Origin: Centroscyllium fabricii
Lineage: Eukaryota
Length of the DNA stretch: 64,000 nt
Assembly: GCA_051313645.2 (NCBI GenBank)
Contig: JBNRSN020000002.1
Span: forward strand, 519,684,001-519,748,000
Direction: 5' to 3'
Shown here: piece by piece, positions 37,589 to 50,064 of the stretch
Position numbering within the stretch: position 1 is the first letter of the stretch
Layout of the letters: the number at the start of each line of letters is the position of its first letter
The notes under the pieces: model-generated
The model's input: the letters and a program-made list of their open reading frames with translations, nothing else
Told to the model about the DNA's origin: nothing
Database searches by the model: none
Program-made: the position numbers and the translations under genes

Positions 37589-38532
37589 TGTCTGTGGAAC
37601 TGTACCCCAGTGAGAGTCAGTGCCTGTGGAACTGTACCCCAGTGAGAGTCAGTGTCTGTGGAACTGTACCCCAGTGAGAGTCAGTGTCTGTGGAACTGTA
37701 CCCCAGTGAGAGTCAGTGTCTGTGGAACTGTACCCCAGTGAGAGTCAGTGTCTGTGGAAATGTACCCCAGGGAGAGTCAGCGTCTGTGGAACTGTACCCC
37801 AGTGAGAGTCAGCGTCTGTGGAACTGTACCCCAGTGAGAGGCAGCGTCTGTGGAACTGTACCCCAGTGAGAGTCAGTGTCTGCGGAACTGTACCCCAGGG
37901 AGAGTCAGTGTCTGCGGAACTGTACCCCAGGGAGAGTCAGTGTCTGTGGAACCCGTACCCCAATGAGAGTCAGTGTCTGTGTAACTGTACCCCAGTGAGA
38001 GTCAGTGTCTGTGGAACTGTACCCCAGTGAGAGTCAGTGTCTGTGGAACTGTACCCCAGTGAGAGTCAGTGTCTGTGGAACTGTACCCCAGTGAGAGTCA
38101 GTGTCTGTGGAACCTGTACCCCAGTGAGAGTCAGTGTGTGTGGAACTGTACCCCAGTGAGAGTCAGTGTGTGTGGAACTGTACCCCAGTGAGAGTCAGTG
38201 TCTGTGGAACTGTACCCCAGTCAGAGTCAGTGTCTGTGGAACTGTACCACAGTGAGAGTCAGTGTCTGTGGAACTGTACCCCAGTGAGAGTCAGTGTCTG
38301 TGGAACTGTACCCCAGTGAGAGTCAGTGTCTGTGGAACTGTACCCCAGTGAGAGTCAGTGTCTGTGGAACTGTACCCCAGTGAGAGACAGTGTCTGTGGA
38401 ACTGTACCCCAGTGAGAGTCAGTGTCTGTGGAACTGTACCCCAGTGAGAGTCAGTGTCTGTGGAACTGTACCCCAGTGAGAGTCAGTGTCTGTGGAACTG
38501 CACCCCAGTGAGAGACAGTGTCTGTGGAACTG
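37589..38532. repeat. 32-bp minisatellite (tgtctgtggaactgtaccccagtgagagtcag)
   Basis: About 29 units visible. Confidence 0.95.
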
Positions 38533-40164
38533 TCCTCACGAGTGTGTAGGAGGGTGAAACTGACCATCGTGTTGTGCAGAAGTTTTGCTCCTTTTGGCCT
38601 TTCAGAGTTAAGTGCTGCGCATTGATCCAGGGCAAAAAGCAAACCACGACACCCACAAGACTCTGCCCTCTGCGTATGTTGCATGCATGGCAAGAGCGGA
38701 GAATCCAGCCGCTGTGACAAGATAACCAATGAAAGCGTTCGAGATAATCCTCGGAAATCCCTCCCAGCCCCAAAGCCCACAAGCAGCATGCAAGAGCCAA
38801 ACGGTCTCCCCTCAGCCAGCATGTCCAAGCATCAACATTCCGGGCCCTTCGCTCTTAAAATGTGTTGGCTCCCAGAGCTTCCTATCCAACAGCTTGATCT
38901 TTTTACATACACTAGCTGATCTTTTGTAACACTGCTCACGCACAAGAAAAAGTCAAATTTATAAATTAATAAATTCAAACAAAAATTGCGTCATTAATTT
39001 GAGTGAACTTATTGATTTATGAAATGTATTCAAAATATGGATTTGTGTTAGCTTAATGAATATTATTAACTGCAGTGAGAACTTTCAATTAAGTGTAGTC
39101 AGTTGTTTCATTTTTCCATCTAAAAATATCAGAGCTATCTTCTGTAACTGTAGGAGATCGAGTTTCCATTTGGCTGCCATTAAGGACTAGCGATTTTGAA
39201 AATTGTAATCTGCTTCAAGTATAATCATCCTATTTCTCGAGCAAAGAAAAAAACCAATCAATATTCAGAAGCCATTGCAGTAATCAATATGGAGGTGGGT
39301 TTTGCAAGTTGCCGCTCACAATAAAGAGCCTTGGTTGTTGGGAGAGCAGCCCCAATGGTCAGGAGTGAAGATTTGAGACCCGCCCAAATTTCTGGCCATT
39401 AATGTTGAGGTTTGGGAATCTGGAAGGCCAAGAATCAGGTGAGGCTTCACTCTGGAAGCTCCAACTTATAAAATTTACCCTGCAATCCCTTCCCGTTAAT
39501 TAAGGTGCAATGATATTGTAGCGACACTGATCAAAAATGAATCCAGTCAGTTCAGATTACTGCTCAAAGCAGAGCCTCAGCCCCACCGAGCTAATCCATC
39601 TCATTCGGTCGGACGCTGCCTCCGGTCACCTGCCTAAACTTTCTGCGTGTAATCAATGGATCGAAGATGGCGGACAGCACACTGCTGGTTTTCTGGTAGG
39701 TGGTGACAGCAGGCGAGAGTCCTTGCCAGGGGCACCTACTCCAGAGAATCACCCGCAGTGCGCGTCCTGGTGCAGAAGCTGCTGTCCGGTTGAGAGGCAT
39801 GGAAACCATCCGGACCCAGGCTCAACCAAACAATCCCAGCTCGCGCAACGGAGCTAAAGGCAAATTCTAGGCTACACAGAGGACAGAGCAATGCAGGCAA
39901 AGGTTGCGTTAAGTGTTCGAAGATGTGTTTATTGGCAAGTTTTGTAATCTTTTCAGAATTTGATATTTCTTTATGTATTAATGTCATTTTAAGAGTTGGG
40001 TGAAATATAAAAAATGGCCACCGAAAGAAGTTGGCAAAAACATTTCCAGGTATTTGATTGGTTGTCTTTTTGATTGCTGTCAGCCATTCACTGGTGGCTC
40101 TTTAAACCAATGACAATTTGTATAAAAGTGATATCGTAAAGTATGATTGGCTGAATATCTGTCC

Positions 40165-40803
40165 CTTCATAGCGAGAGGGCTTGAGTACAGCAACAAGGA
40201 TGTCCTGCTGCAGTTGTACAGGGCCTTGGTGAGACCACATCTTGAGTACTGTATGCAGTTTTAGTCACCTTATCGGAGGTGGGATGTTCTTGCCATGGAG
40301 AGAGTGCAGTGAAGATTCACCAGACTGATACCTGGGATGGCAGGAATGACGTATGAGGAGAGATTGGGTCGATTAGGCTTGTACTCGCTGGAGTTTAGAA
40401 GAATGAGAGGGGATCTCATTGAAACTTATAAAATTCCAACAGGACTAGACAGACTAGATGCAGGAAGGATATTCCCGATGGTCGGGGAGTCCAGAACCAG
40501 AGTTCACAGTCTAAGGATAAGGGGTAAACCATTTACGACAGCGATGAGGAGGAATTTCTTCACCCAGAGAGTGGTGAACCTGTGGAATTCTCTACCACAC
40601 AAGGCAGTGGAGGTCAATTCATTAAATATATTCAAGAAGGAGTTGGATATATTTCTTCAGGCTAAAGGGATCAAGGGATATGGGGAGAAGGCAGGTACGG
40701 GGTACTGGGTTTGGATGATCAGCCATGATCTCATTGAATGGCGGAGCAGGCTCAAGTGGCCGAATGGCCGACTCCTGCTCCTATCTTCTATATTTCTAGG
40801 TTT
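40165..40803 (+). mobile_element. CR1 3' fragment
   Basis: ORF 40337-40882 (YEERLGRLGLYSLEFRRMRGDLIETYKI) plus 3' UTR. Confidence 0.9.
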
Positions 40804-40942
40804 CTTTTACAATGGCGGAGGTGGGTGGGTATTTGAGCCAATCAGGATTTTGTACCTGCAGACATTTTTTTTTGCCTTGTAGACATGCACACAACAGAAG
40901 AGTTTTAAATTGGGAAGCTGGTTAGACAGAGACACAGACATT

Positions 40943-41700
40943 GGCCCAGAAATTCGGGGGCCAACGCGCGAGTACGGATGGTGTACTCACGCGTGGGCCC
41001 ATCGGAATTGCCGGTTTACGGCATGCTCCGCGCACGCACGAAACCGGCAATTCAGATCCGCTGAAAGAAGGGGTCAGGAGCCGGAGCGCGTTCACGTGCG
41101 CGGCAGGAGGTGCGCAATGCACTTCCGATTTTTTCACAGGTTTGTATCAGGGTAAGTATTTGAAATATTTACGGCTGATATTTTCAAGCGCAAGGAGTAG
41201 ATTTCATCGGGTAAGTCTTTATTTTATTCAAATTAAACATTTTTTTCCACAGGTTTTTCATTTTTAAAAACTTTAAAGAATGGTAAGTTGATTTTTAGGC
41301 CTGTTAAATACTTTAAATATTTTTTCCAAATTTTTAATTTTGGTTTAAAATAGCTCATTTGTGTCATTGAAAGTTATTTTAAAAAAGATTTTTTTTTAAA
41401 GTTTATTTTAAGGTTTAGTGTGGTTTTGGGGCTGTAGTATTCATAAATTTGACAGCTCTTCCTGTCAAACTTATGAATGGAGCAGTCTGTGCTCCGATTG
41501 GCTCCCCGCGGACCACGTGATCCCGCGGGAAGCGTCGCACTAACTCCGACGCGGAGATGCAGCAGCACAGCGCACCGGGATGTCAGGAGTGCCCCGGATC
41601 AGGATTTCATGCGGGTGAAATGGAGAACGGCCGGCGCGCTCCGTAACTGTGGGTTGGAGGCTTGCACTTGCGGGAAGCCTCCAACCCGAATTCCTGACCC
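40943..41700. mobile_element. Non-autonomous TIR element (Harbinger-like MITE) with GC-rich arms and an AT-rich centre
   Basis: Imperfect TIRs ggcccagaaattcggg...cccgaattcctgaccc. Confidence 0.55.
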
Positions 41701-41757
41701 AATATTTATATATAAAAGAGATTTTGAAGCGAGGATCAGCCGCGCTCGGCACAGTAC

Positions 41758-41872
41758 CGTTTTCTCGTGAGCAAGCAGTGATGACTTCCCAGGCTCATAA
41801 TCGAAAATGCTTCTTGGCTCCGCACGATACCTCTGCATATCCACTTTCTTGTCGAGAGGCCCCCAGTCGTTC
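41758..41872 (-). CDS. SORBS1: SORBS1 internal exon, 115 bp, phase 2-0: (R)[38 protein letters not shown]
   Basis: Acceptor cccccttctctcccAG and donor ACG|GTACTG. Matches the conserved SORBS block NDWxPxDKKVDxxxYRAEPxSIxxYxPGKSS. Lies within ORF 41599..41898. Confidence 0.92.
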
Positions 41873-42502
41873 CTGGGAGAGAAGGGGGGAAAAATCAACT
41901 GTGAATTCTTATGGCATCCATGGAAACGGAGAACTTCCTTGGGCCTCGGTCAGACACTCCAGTAAACCCCTTTTAAATCAGCACACCCTTTGAACTCTGG
42001 CAGGCCGAGTGCTCCACTGCCACTTCCTTGGCCACAGGAAAACATTTCTTTGCAGCAAGAACATTTCTGAGAGACCGGTCGTTGTAAAATTGACACAACG
42101 TCAAGAGAATAAAAACCACGCTATTTTAAGCTGGATAAGTATTTGCGGATTGTACCAAGGGTATGTAAACACTGATCAACAGAGCCGATTTTCTGACGGG
42201 GAAACCAACTGAAATCACACACTGTGCAGAGATGATTCTTCAAATTAGGGCTTCGCGTTACATAGAATTTACAGCCACTCGAAAACAGGCTGCTCGGCCC
42301 AACTGCCTTGGGACGTTTTACTATGTTAAAGGCGCTCGATAAATGCAAGTTGTTGTTGTTGTTGCTCTACGATTTTCTTATAGCATTATTTCATTATAAA
42401 ACCGTCAGTGGGTCACACACCACTCAAAATATAACTTAAAAAGTGTGAGTTAAGGAAAACTAAATCTGGTTATACAACCAAGTAGACCGTGGATTTACAG
42501 AA

Positions 42503-42938
42503 AAAGACTTGCATTTATATAGCACCTTTCACAACCTCAGGACATCCCAAAGTGCTTTACAGACAATGAAGCACTTTTTGAAGTGTTGTCACTGTTGTAA
42601 TGTGGGAAACGCGGCAGCCAGTTTGCGCACAGCAAGCTCCCACAAACAGCAATGTGATAATGACCAGATCATCTGTTTTTAGTGATGTTGATTGAGGGAT
42701 AATTATTGGCCCCAGGACACCAGCGAGAACTCCCCTACCCTTCGAAATAGTACCATGAGATCTTTGACGCTCACCTGAGAGCAGACGGGGCCTCGGTTTA
42801 ACGTCTCATCCAAAAGACTGCAGCACTCCCTCAGCACTGCGCCGGAGTGTCAGCCTAGATTCTGTGCTCAGGTCCATGGAGTGGGACGTGAACCCACAAC
42901 CTTCTGACTCGGAGGCGAGGGTACGATCCACTGGGCTA
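42503..42938 (-). mobile_element. SacSINE1/DeuSINE-like SINE
   Basis: Reverse-complement homolog of 33813-34283. Confidence 0.78.
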
Positions 42939-42977
42939 GGGAGAATCGTGTAAGGAAAGAAAGCGACAATTCCACCT

Positions 42978-44851
42978 GAGCGGGAGATTCTGTGAGCAAA
43001 CAGGGCGGGAGCTTGTGTGAGCAAACAGGGCGGGAGCTTGTGTGAGCAAACAGGGCGGGAGCTTGTGTGAGCAAACAGGGCGGGAGCTTGTGTGAGCAAA
43101 CAGGGCGGGAGCTTGTGTGATCAAACAGGGCGGGAGCTTGTGTGAGCAAACAGGGCGGGAGCTTGTGTGAGCAAACAGGGCGGGAGCTTGTGTGAGCAAA
43201 CAGGGCGGGAGCTTGTGTGAGCAAACAGGGCGGGAGCTTGTGTGAGCAAACAGGGCGGGAGCTTGTGTGAGCAAACAGGGCGGGAGCTTGTGTGAGCAAA
43301 CAGGGCGGGAGCTTGTGTGAGCAAACAGGGCGGGAGCTTGTGTGAGCAAACAGGGCGGGAGCTTGTGTGAGCAAACAGGGCGGGAGCTTGTGTGAGCAAA
43401 CAGGGCGGGAGCTTGTGTGAGCAAACAGGGCGGGAGCTTGTGTGAGCAAACAGGGCGGGAGCTTGTGTGAGCAAACAGGGCGGGAGCTTGTGTGAGCAAA
43501 CAGGGCGGGAGCTTGTGTGAGCAAACAGGGCGGGAGCTTGTGTGAGCAAACAGGGCGGGAGCTTGTGTGAGCAAACAGGGCGGGAGCTTGTGTGAGCAAA
43601 CAGGGCGGGAGCTTGTGTGAGCAAACAGGGCGGGAGCTTGTGTGAGCAAACAGGGCGGGAGCTTGTGTGAGCAAACAGGGCGGGAGCTTGTGTGAGCAAA
43701 CAGGGCGGGAGCTTGTGTGAGCAAACAGGGCGGGAGCTTGTGTGAGCAAACAGGGCGGGAGCTTGTGTGAGCAAACAGGGCGGGAGCTTGTGTGAGCAAA
43801 CAGGGCGGGAGCTTGTGTGAGCAAACAGGGCGGGAGCTTGTGTGAGCAAACAGGGCGGGAGCTTGTGTGAGCAAACAGGGCGGGAGCTTGTGTGAGCAAA
43901 CAGGGCGGGAGCTTGTGTGAGCAAACAGGGCGGGAGCTTGTGTGAGCAAACAGGGCGGGAGCTTGTGTGAGCAAACAGGGCGGGAGCTTGTGTGAGCAAA
44001 CAGGGCGGGAGCTTGTGTGAGCAAACAGGGCGGGAGCTTGTGTGAGCAAACAGGGCGGGAGCTTGTGTGAGCAAACAGGGCGGGAGCTTGTGTGAGCAAA
44101 CAGGGCGGGAGCTTGTGTGAGCAAACAGGGCGGGAGCTTGTGTGAGCAAACAGGGCGGGAGCTTGTGTGAGCAAACAGGGCGGGAGCTTCTGTGAGCAAA
44201 CAGGGCGGGAGCTTCTGTGAGCAAACAGGGCGGGAGCTTCTGTGAGCAAACAGGGCGGGAGCTTCTGTGAGCAAACAGGGCGGGAGCTTCTGTGAGCAAA
44301 CAGGGCGGGAGCTTCTGTGAGCAAACAGGGCGGGAGCTTCTGTGAGCAAACAGGGCGGGAGCTTCTGTGAGCAAACAGGGCGGGAGCTTCTGTGAGCAAA
44401 CAGGGCGGGAGATTCTGTGAGCAAACAGGGCGGGAGATTCTGTGAGCAAACAGGGCAGGAGATTCTGTGAGCAAACAGGGCGGGAGATTCTGTGAGCAAA
44501 CAGGGCGGGAGATTCTGTGAGCAAACAGGGCGGGAGATTCTGTGAGCAAACAGGGCGGGAGATTCTGTGAGCAAACAGGGCGGGAGATTCTGTGAGCAAA
44601 CAGGGCGGGAGATTCTGTGAGCAAACAGGGCGGGAGATTCTGTGAGTAAACAGGGCGGGAGATTCTGTGAGTAAACAGGGCGGGAGATTCTGTGAGTAAA
44701 CAGGGCGGGAGATTCTGTGAGTAAACAGGGCGGGAGATTGTGAGAGTAAACAGAGCGGGAGATTGTGAGAGTAAACAGAGCGGGAGATTGTGAGAGTAAA
44801 CAAAGCGGGAGATTGTGAGAGTAAACAGAGCGGGAGATTGTGAGAGTAAAC
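42978..44851. repeat. 25-bp tandem array (cagggcgggagcttgtgtgagcaaa), ~75 units, at the CR1 5' end
   Basis: Directly visible; variants are ordered in blocks. Confidence 0.97.
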
Positions 44852-47842
44852 AAGAGAGCGTGACAGTGGGAGATCGGGCCGGAGATAGAAAGAGCGTCAC
44901 TGAGCCGACCAGCGGGGCTACAAGACAGCGAGCCCGGAGCAGCCCTGACCGAGCTGGGAGGGCAAGAATCAGAAAGCTTCAAAGTGTGACATCACAGGAA
45001 AGCAGGGAAGCCATTGGTTGGTCAGTATTTCACTCTTTTTCGTGGGCATTGGTTTAAATTAAGAGCCGGGTTAAGAACTAAATGTTCAAAACTTAAACAC
45101 TTAATTAAATACATTAGAGATGGCAGGGCAGGCGATGTGTTACTGCTGCAATGTGTGGGAGCTGGAGGACACCATTGAGGTCCACGGCAACCACATTTGC
45201 ATTAAGTGTTGGTTGCTCGAGGAACTTTGGTCCCGTGTTGATGAGCTGGAGTCCGAGCTTCATACACCGAGACACGTCAGGGAGGGGGAGAGTTACCTGG
45301 ACGCTGTGTTCCAGGAGGCAGTCACACCCCTTAGATTAATTAATTCAAATTTGGTCCGTAGTCAGGGACAGGTGGGTGTGACTACGAGCGAGGCAGGTAT
45401 GGGGACCCCGGAGGTAGCGGTGGAGGAGCCTCAGCCCTTGCTCTTGTCCAACAGGTACGAGGTTCTTACTCCCTGTGCGGGCGAGGGCAGTGACTGCAGG
45501 GAGGATGAGCAATCTGACCACGGCACCGTGGTACAGGGAGCCATTCAAGTGGGGGGAGCCAAAAGAAATGCGGTAGTCGTAGGAGACAGTATAGTTAGAG
45601 GGATAGATACTGTTCTCTGCAGCCAAGAGCATGAGCCCCGAAGGCTGTGTTGCCTGCTGGTGCCAGGGTGAAGGACATCTCCTCTGGGCTGGCGAGGAAC
45701 CTGGAGTGGGAGGGGAAAGATCCAATTGTCGTGGTCCATGTAAGTACCAACGACATAGGTAGCAGGAGTGTCAGCAGCTGGGGGCTAAATTAAAAGCAGA
45801 ACCACAAAGATAACATTCTCTGGATTACTACCTGAGCCACGTGCAAATTGGCATAAGGTAAATAAGATCAGAGAGATGACTGAGTGGCTCAAATACTGGT
45901 GTGGGAGAAATGGGTTTCGATTCTTGGGGCACTGTCACCAATACTGGGTTAAGAGGGAGCTGTTCTGTTGGGACGGGCTTCATTTCAACCAGGCTGGGAC
46001 CAGTGTCCTGGCGAATCGAATAACTAGGGCTATCGATAGGGTTTTAAACTAAATAGTGAGGGGGAGGGATCCACTGAGCAGAAATTTAAAAAGTCAAAGG
46101 AAAATGAGAAGGCAAATGTGCAGGGTAGCGATAGGGGTAATGGTAACCAGAGTGTGACAGGTAGGGATATACACATAAGAATGCATCAGAAAGAGGTGTC
46201 AGAGTAGGGAAAAATAGCAAAAAGACAAAATTAAAAGCTCTATATCTGAATGCACACAGCATTCGTAACAAGATAGATAAGTTGACAGCACAAATAGAAA
46301 TAAATGGGTATGATCTGATAGCCATTACAGAGATGTACATGGTGACCAAGTCTGGGAACTGAATATTCAGTGGTATTTGACATTTTGTAAGGATAGGCAG
46401 AAAGGAAAAGGAGGTGGGGTAGCTCTGTTAATAAGGGATGAGATCATTGCAGTAGGGAGAAATGATATTGGCTTCGAAGATCAAGACACAGAATCAGTTT
46501 GGGTGGAGTTAAGAAATAATAAGGGTAAGAAGTCACTGGTGGGAGTGCTCTCCAAGCCCTCAAACAGTAGCCACACTGGAGGACAGAGAATAAATCAAGA
46601 AATAATAGAGGCTTGTAAGAAAGGTATGGCTATAATCATGGGAGATTCTAATCTTCATATTGATTGGACAAAGCAAATTGGCAAAGGTAGACTTGAGGAA
46701 GAGTTCTTAGAATGTATACAGGATGGTTTCTTGGAACAATATGTTGTGGAACCAACCAGGGAGAAGACTATTTTAGATCTGGTAATTTGTAATGAGGCTG
46801 GATTAATGAATGATCTCGAAGTGAAGGATCCTCTTGGGAAGAGTGATCATAGCATGGTAGAATTTCAAATTCAGTTTGAGGGGGAGAAAGCTCGGTCTCA
46901 AACTAGTGTCCTGAACTTAAATAAAGGTAATTACAAAGGTATGAAGGCAGACTTGTTTAAAGTGGACTGGGAAAATATATTACAGGGCAAGACTGTACAA
47001 AAGCAGTGGCAAACATTTAAGGAGATATTTCATAACTCTCAGCAAAGATATATTCCAGTGAGAAAGAAAGACTCTAAGAGAAGGATGAACCATCCATGGC
47101 TAACTAAGGAAGTAAAGGATGGTGTCAAATTGAAAACAAAAGCTTACAATGTTGCGAAGAATAGTGGAAGGCCAGAGGATTGGAACATTTTTAAAAACCA
47201 GCAAAGGACGACTAAAAAAGAAATGATAGAGAGAAGATAGCGTATGAGAGTAAGCTAGCAAGAAATATAAAAACAGACAGTAAGAGCTTCTACATGTATA
47301 TAAAAAGGAAGAGAGTAGCTGAAGTAAACATTGGTCCCCTAGAGGATGAGTCTGGGGAATGAGTAATGGGAAACAGGGAAATGGCGGAGACTTTGAACAA
47401 ATACTTTGTACAGTCTTCACGGTAGAAGACACTAAAAGCCTCCCAATAATGTTTAATCAAGGGGCTATTGGGAGCGGGGGGGAGGGAAATTTAAAACAAT
47501 CACTATTAGGGAAGAAGTTCTAAGCAAACTATTGGGACTAAAGGTGGACAAGTCCCCTGGACCAGATGGCCTGCATCCTAGGGTCTTAAGAGGTGGCTGC
47601 AGAGATAGTGGATGCATTGGTTGTAATCTATCAAAATTCCCTGCATTCTGGAGAGGACCCAGCAGACTGGAAAACCGCAAATGTAATGCCCCTATTTAAG
47701 AAAGGAGGGGGACAGAAAGCAGGAAACTATAGACTAGTTAGCTTAACATCTGTCATTGGGAAAATGCTGGAGTCCATTATTAAGGAAGTGGTAACAGGAC
47801 ATTTAGAAAATCAGAATATAATCAAACAGAGTCAGCATGGTA

Positions 47843-48576
47843 CCGGTTGAAGTTCATTAATCTGGCAGAGTCAGGACCAGCACCCTGCCGGGTTGTTGAA
47901 AACAGCGAATTATTGAAGTCACGGCAGCGCATGCGCAGAACATTCAAAATGGCCGCCGCAAAATTTTCAATGCTCTGCACATGCGCTCGCCGGTACCTGC
48001 CAGTTGATTTTCGGCCCAAGGGTCTGGTGGAACTCGCACTTGATTCTGCTGCAGGTCAGGGAGTGGGCTGCACGGCTCCAGCGGGCCTGAGGCCCAATGC
48101 GCGGCTCAAGCCTGGCTCACGTGACGCCACCGCACGTCAGCTTCGGAACGCGGTGACGTCAGCACGCAGCCATCGATTCTGCTGCGGGTCAGGGAGCGGG
48201 CTGCACGGCTCCAGCGGGCCTGAGGCCCAATGCGCGGCTCAAGTGACGCCACCGCACGCCAGCTTCGGAACGCGGTGATGTCCGCACGCAGCCAGGCAGG
48301 AGCCTCCGGCAGCGATGGGCACCAATAATTGCCTGTATCGTGTCCTGCGAAAGGCAGCTGGCACAACAGCTCGTCTTCTGGGCTTGTGATTCACCATCGG
48401 CATCGGGGTGGTCACTAAGCCGGGATCCAGTGAGTATATGTTAGGTGAAAGAGAAGCCCAGCCCCGACGGTGGCCATTTTGAATTGTCTGCGCATACGCC
48501 GGGCAGTCGGGAAAATCTGTGCCGAACGACTGAAGCTGCTGGTTTTTCGGGTGCCGGATTAATGAACTTCAACCTG
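47843..48576. mobile_element. Tigger/pogo-type MITE, divergent subfamily with an internal ~140-bp duplication
   Basis: TIRs c(c)ggttgaagttcattaatc / gattaatgaacttcaacctg, TA flanks, splits the CR1 RT at QHG|FMKG. Confidence 0.88.
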
Positions 48577-48877
48577 TATTATGAAAGGGAAATCATGTTT
48601 GACAAATTTACTGGAGTTTGAGGGTGTAAACAGCAGGGTGGATAAAGGGGAACCAGTAGATGTGGTGTATTTGGATTTCCAGAAGGCATTCGATAAGGTG
48701 CCACATAAAAGGTTACTGCACAAGATAAGAGCTCATGGGGTTGGGGGTAATATATTAGCATGGATAGAGGATTGACTAATCAACAGAAATAATGTGGAGG
48801 TGCCGGTGTTGAACTGGGGTGGACAAATGCAAGAAGTTACACAACACCAGATCATAGTCCAACAGTTTTATTTTAAA

Positions 48878-48915
48878 TCACAAGCTTTCGGAGCTTCTGC
48901 CCCTTCGTCAGATGA
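48878..48915 (-). ncRNA. Minimal type I hammerhead ribozyme motif, mirror copy on the SORBS1 sense strand
   Basis: Exact reverse complement of 48923-48960. Confidence 0.72.
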
Positions 48916-48922
48916 ACTTCTT

Positions 48923-48960
48923 TCATCTGACGAAGGGGCAGAAGCTCCGAAAGCTTGTGA
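48923..48960 (+). ncRNA. Minimal type I hammerhead ribozyme motif
   Basis: UCAU-CUGACGA-A-GGGGC-AGAA-GCUCC-GAAA-GC-UU-GUGA, intact core. Confidence 0.72.
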
Positions 48961-50064
48961 TTTAAAATAAAACTGTTGGACTATGATCTGGTGTTGTGTG
49001 ACTTCTTGTAATTAACAGAAAACAGAGAGTTGGGATAAATGGGTCATTTTCAGGTTGGCAAACTAACTAGTGGGGTGCCGCAGGGATCAGTGCTGGGGCC
49101 TCAACTATTTACAATCTATATTAATGACTTGGATGAAGGGACCGAGTGTACTGTAGTCAAATTTGCTGATGATACAAAGATAGGTGGGAAAGCAAATTGT
49201 GTGGAGGATGCAAAGAATCTCCAAAGGGATATAGATAGGCTAAATGAGTGGGCAAAAATCTGGCAGATGGAGAATAATGTGGGAAAATATGAGGTTATCC
49301 ACTTTGGTGGGAAAAATAAAAAAAGCAAATTATTGTTTAAATGGGGAGAGATTACAAAATGCTGAGATACAGAGGGATCTGGGGGTCCTTGTGAATCACA
49401 AAAAGTTAGCATGCAGGTACAGCAAGTGATTAGAAAGACAAATGGAAGGGAATTAAGTATAAAAGTAGGGAAGTCTTGTTATAACTGTACAGTGAGACCA
49501 CACCTGGAGTACTGCAAGCAGTTTTGGTCTCCTTATTTAAGGAAGGATATTCTTGCATTGAAGGCAGTTCAGAGAAGGTTCACGAGGTTGATTCCTGGAG
49601 AAGAAAGGGTTGTCTTATGAAGAAAGGTTGAGCAGGTTGGGCCTATACTCATTGGAGTTTAGAAGAATGAGAGGGGATCTTATTGAAACATATAAGATTC
49701 TGAGGGGGTTGACAGGGTAGATGCAGAGAGGATGTTTCCCCTCGTGGGGGAATCTAGAACTAGGGGGCATAGTCTCAGAATAAGGGGAAACCCATAAAAC
49801 CGGAAATGAGGAGGAATTTCTTCTCGGAGGGTTGTGAATCTTGGGAATTCTCTTCCCCGGAGAGCTGTGGAGGCTGGGTCATTGAATATATTTATGGTGG
49901 AGACAGACAGATTTTTGAATGGTAAGGGAGTCGAGGGTTATGGGGAGTGAGCAGAGAAGTGGAGTTGAGGCCAAGATCAGATATGATCTTATTGAATGGC
50001 GGAGCAGGTTCGAGGGGCCGACTGACCCACTCCTGCTCCTACATCTTATGTTCTTATGTTCTAC

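Larger units (their letters stand above)
48790..49008. mobile_element. Penelope-like fold-back insertion with two inverted hammerhead motifs
   Basis: 13-bp TSD taat(c/t)aacagaaa. 87-bp inverted arms 48830-48916 and 48922-49008 with one mismatch and a 5-nt spacer. Confidence 0.85.
42978..50062 (+). mobile_element. Apparently full-length, degenerate CR1 LINE: repeat-bearing 5' UTR, ORF1 (zinc finger/leucine zipper plus SGNH esterase), ORF2 (APE endonuclease plus RT), 3' UTR
   Basis: ORF1 at 45120 (CxxC...CxxC, VVGDSIVRG, CCL). ORF2 from ~46230 (LYLNA.SIRNK, GGGVAL, GKSDH, YLDFQKAFDKV, GVPQGSVLGP, KFADDTK). (cttatgtt)n tail ends at 50062. acct on both sides. Confidence 0.9.

Noticed and set aside
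42868-44982. Three long minus-strand ORFs (560-704 aa)
   Set aside because: They are translations of the stop-free 25-bp tandem array, not genes.
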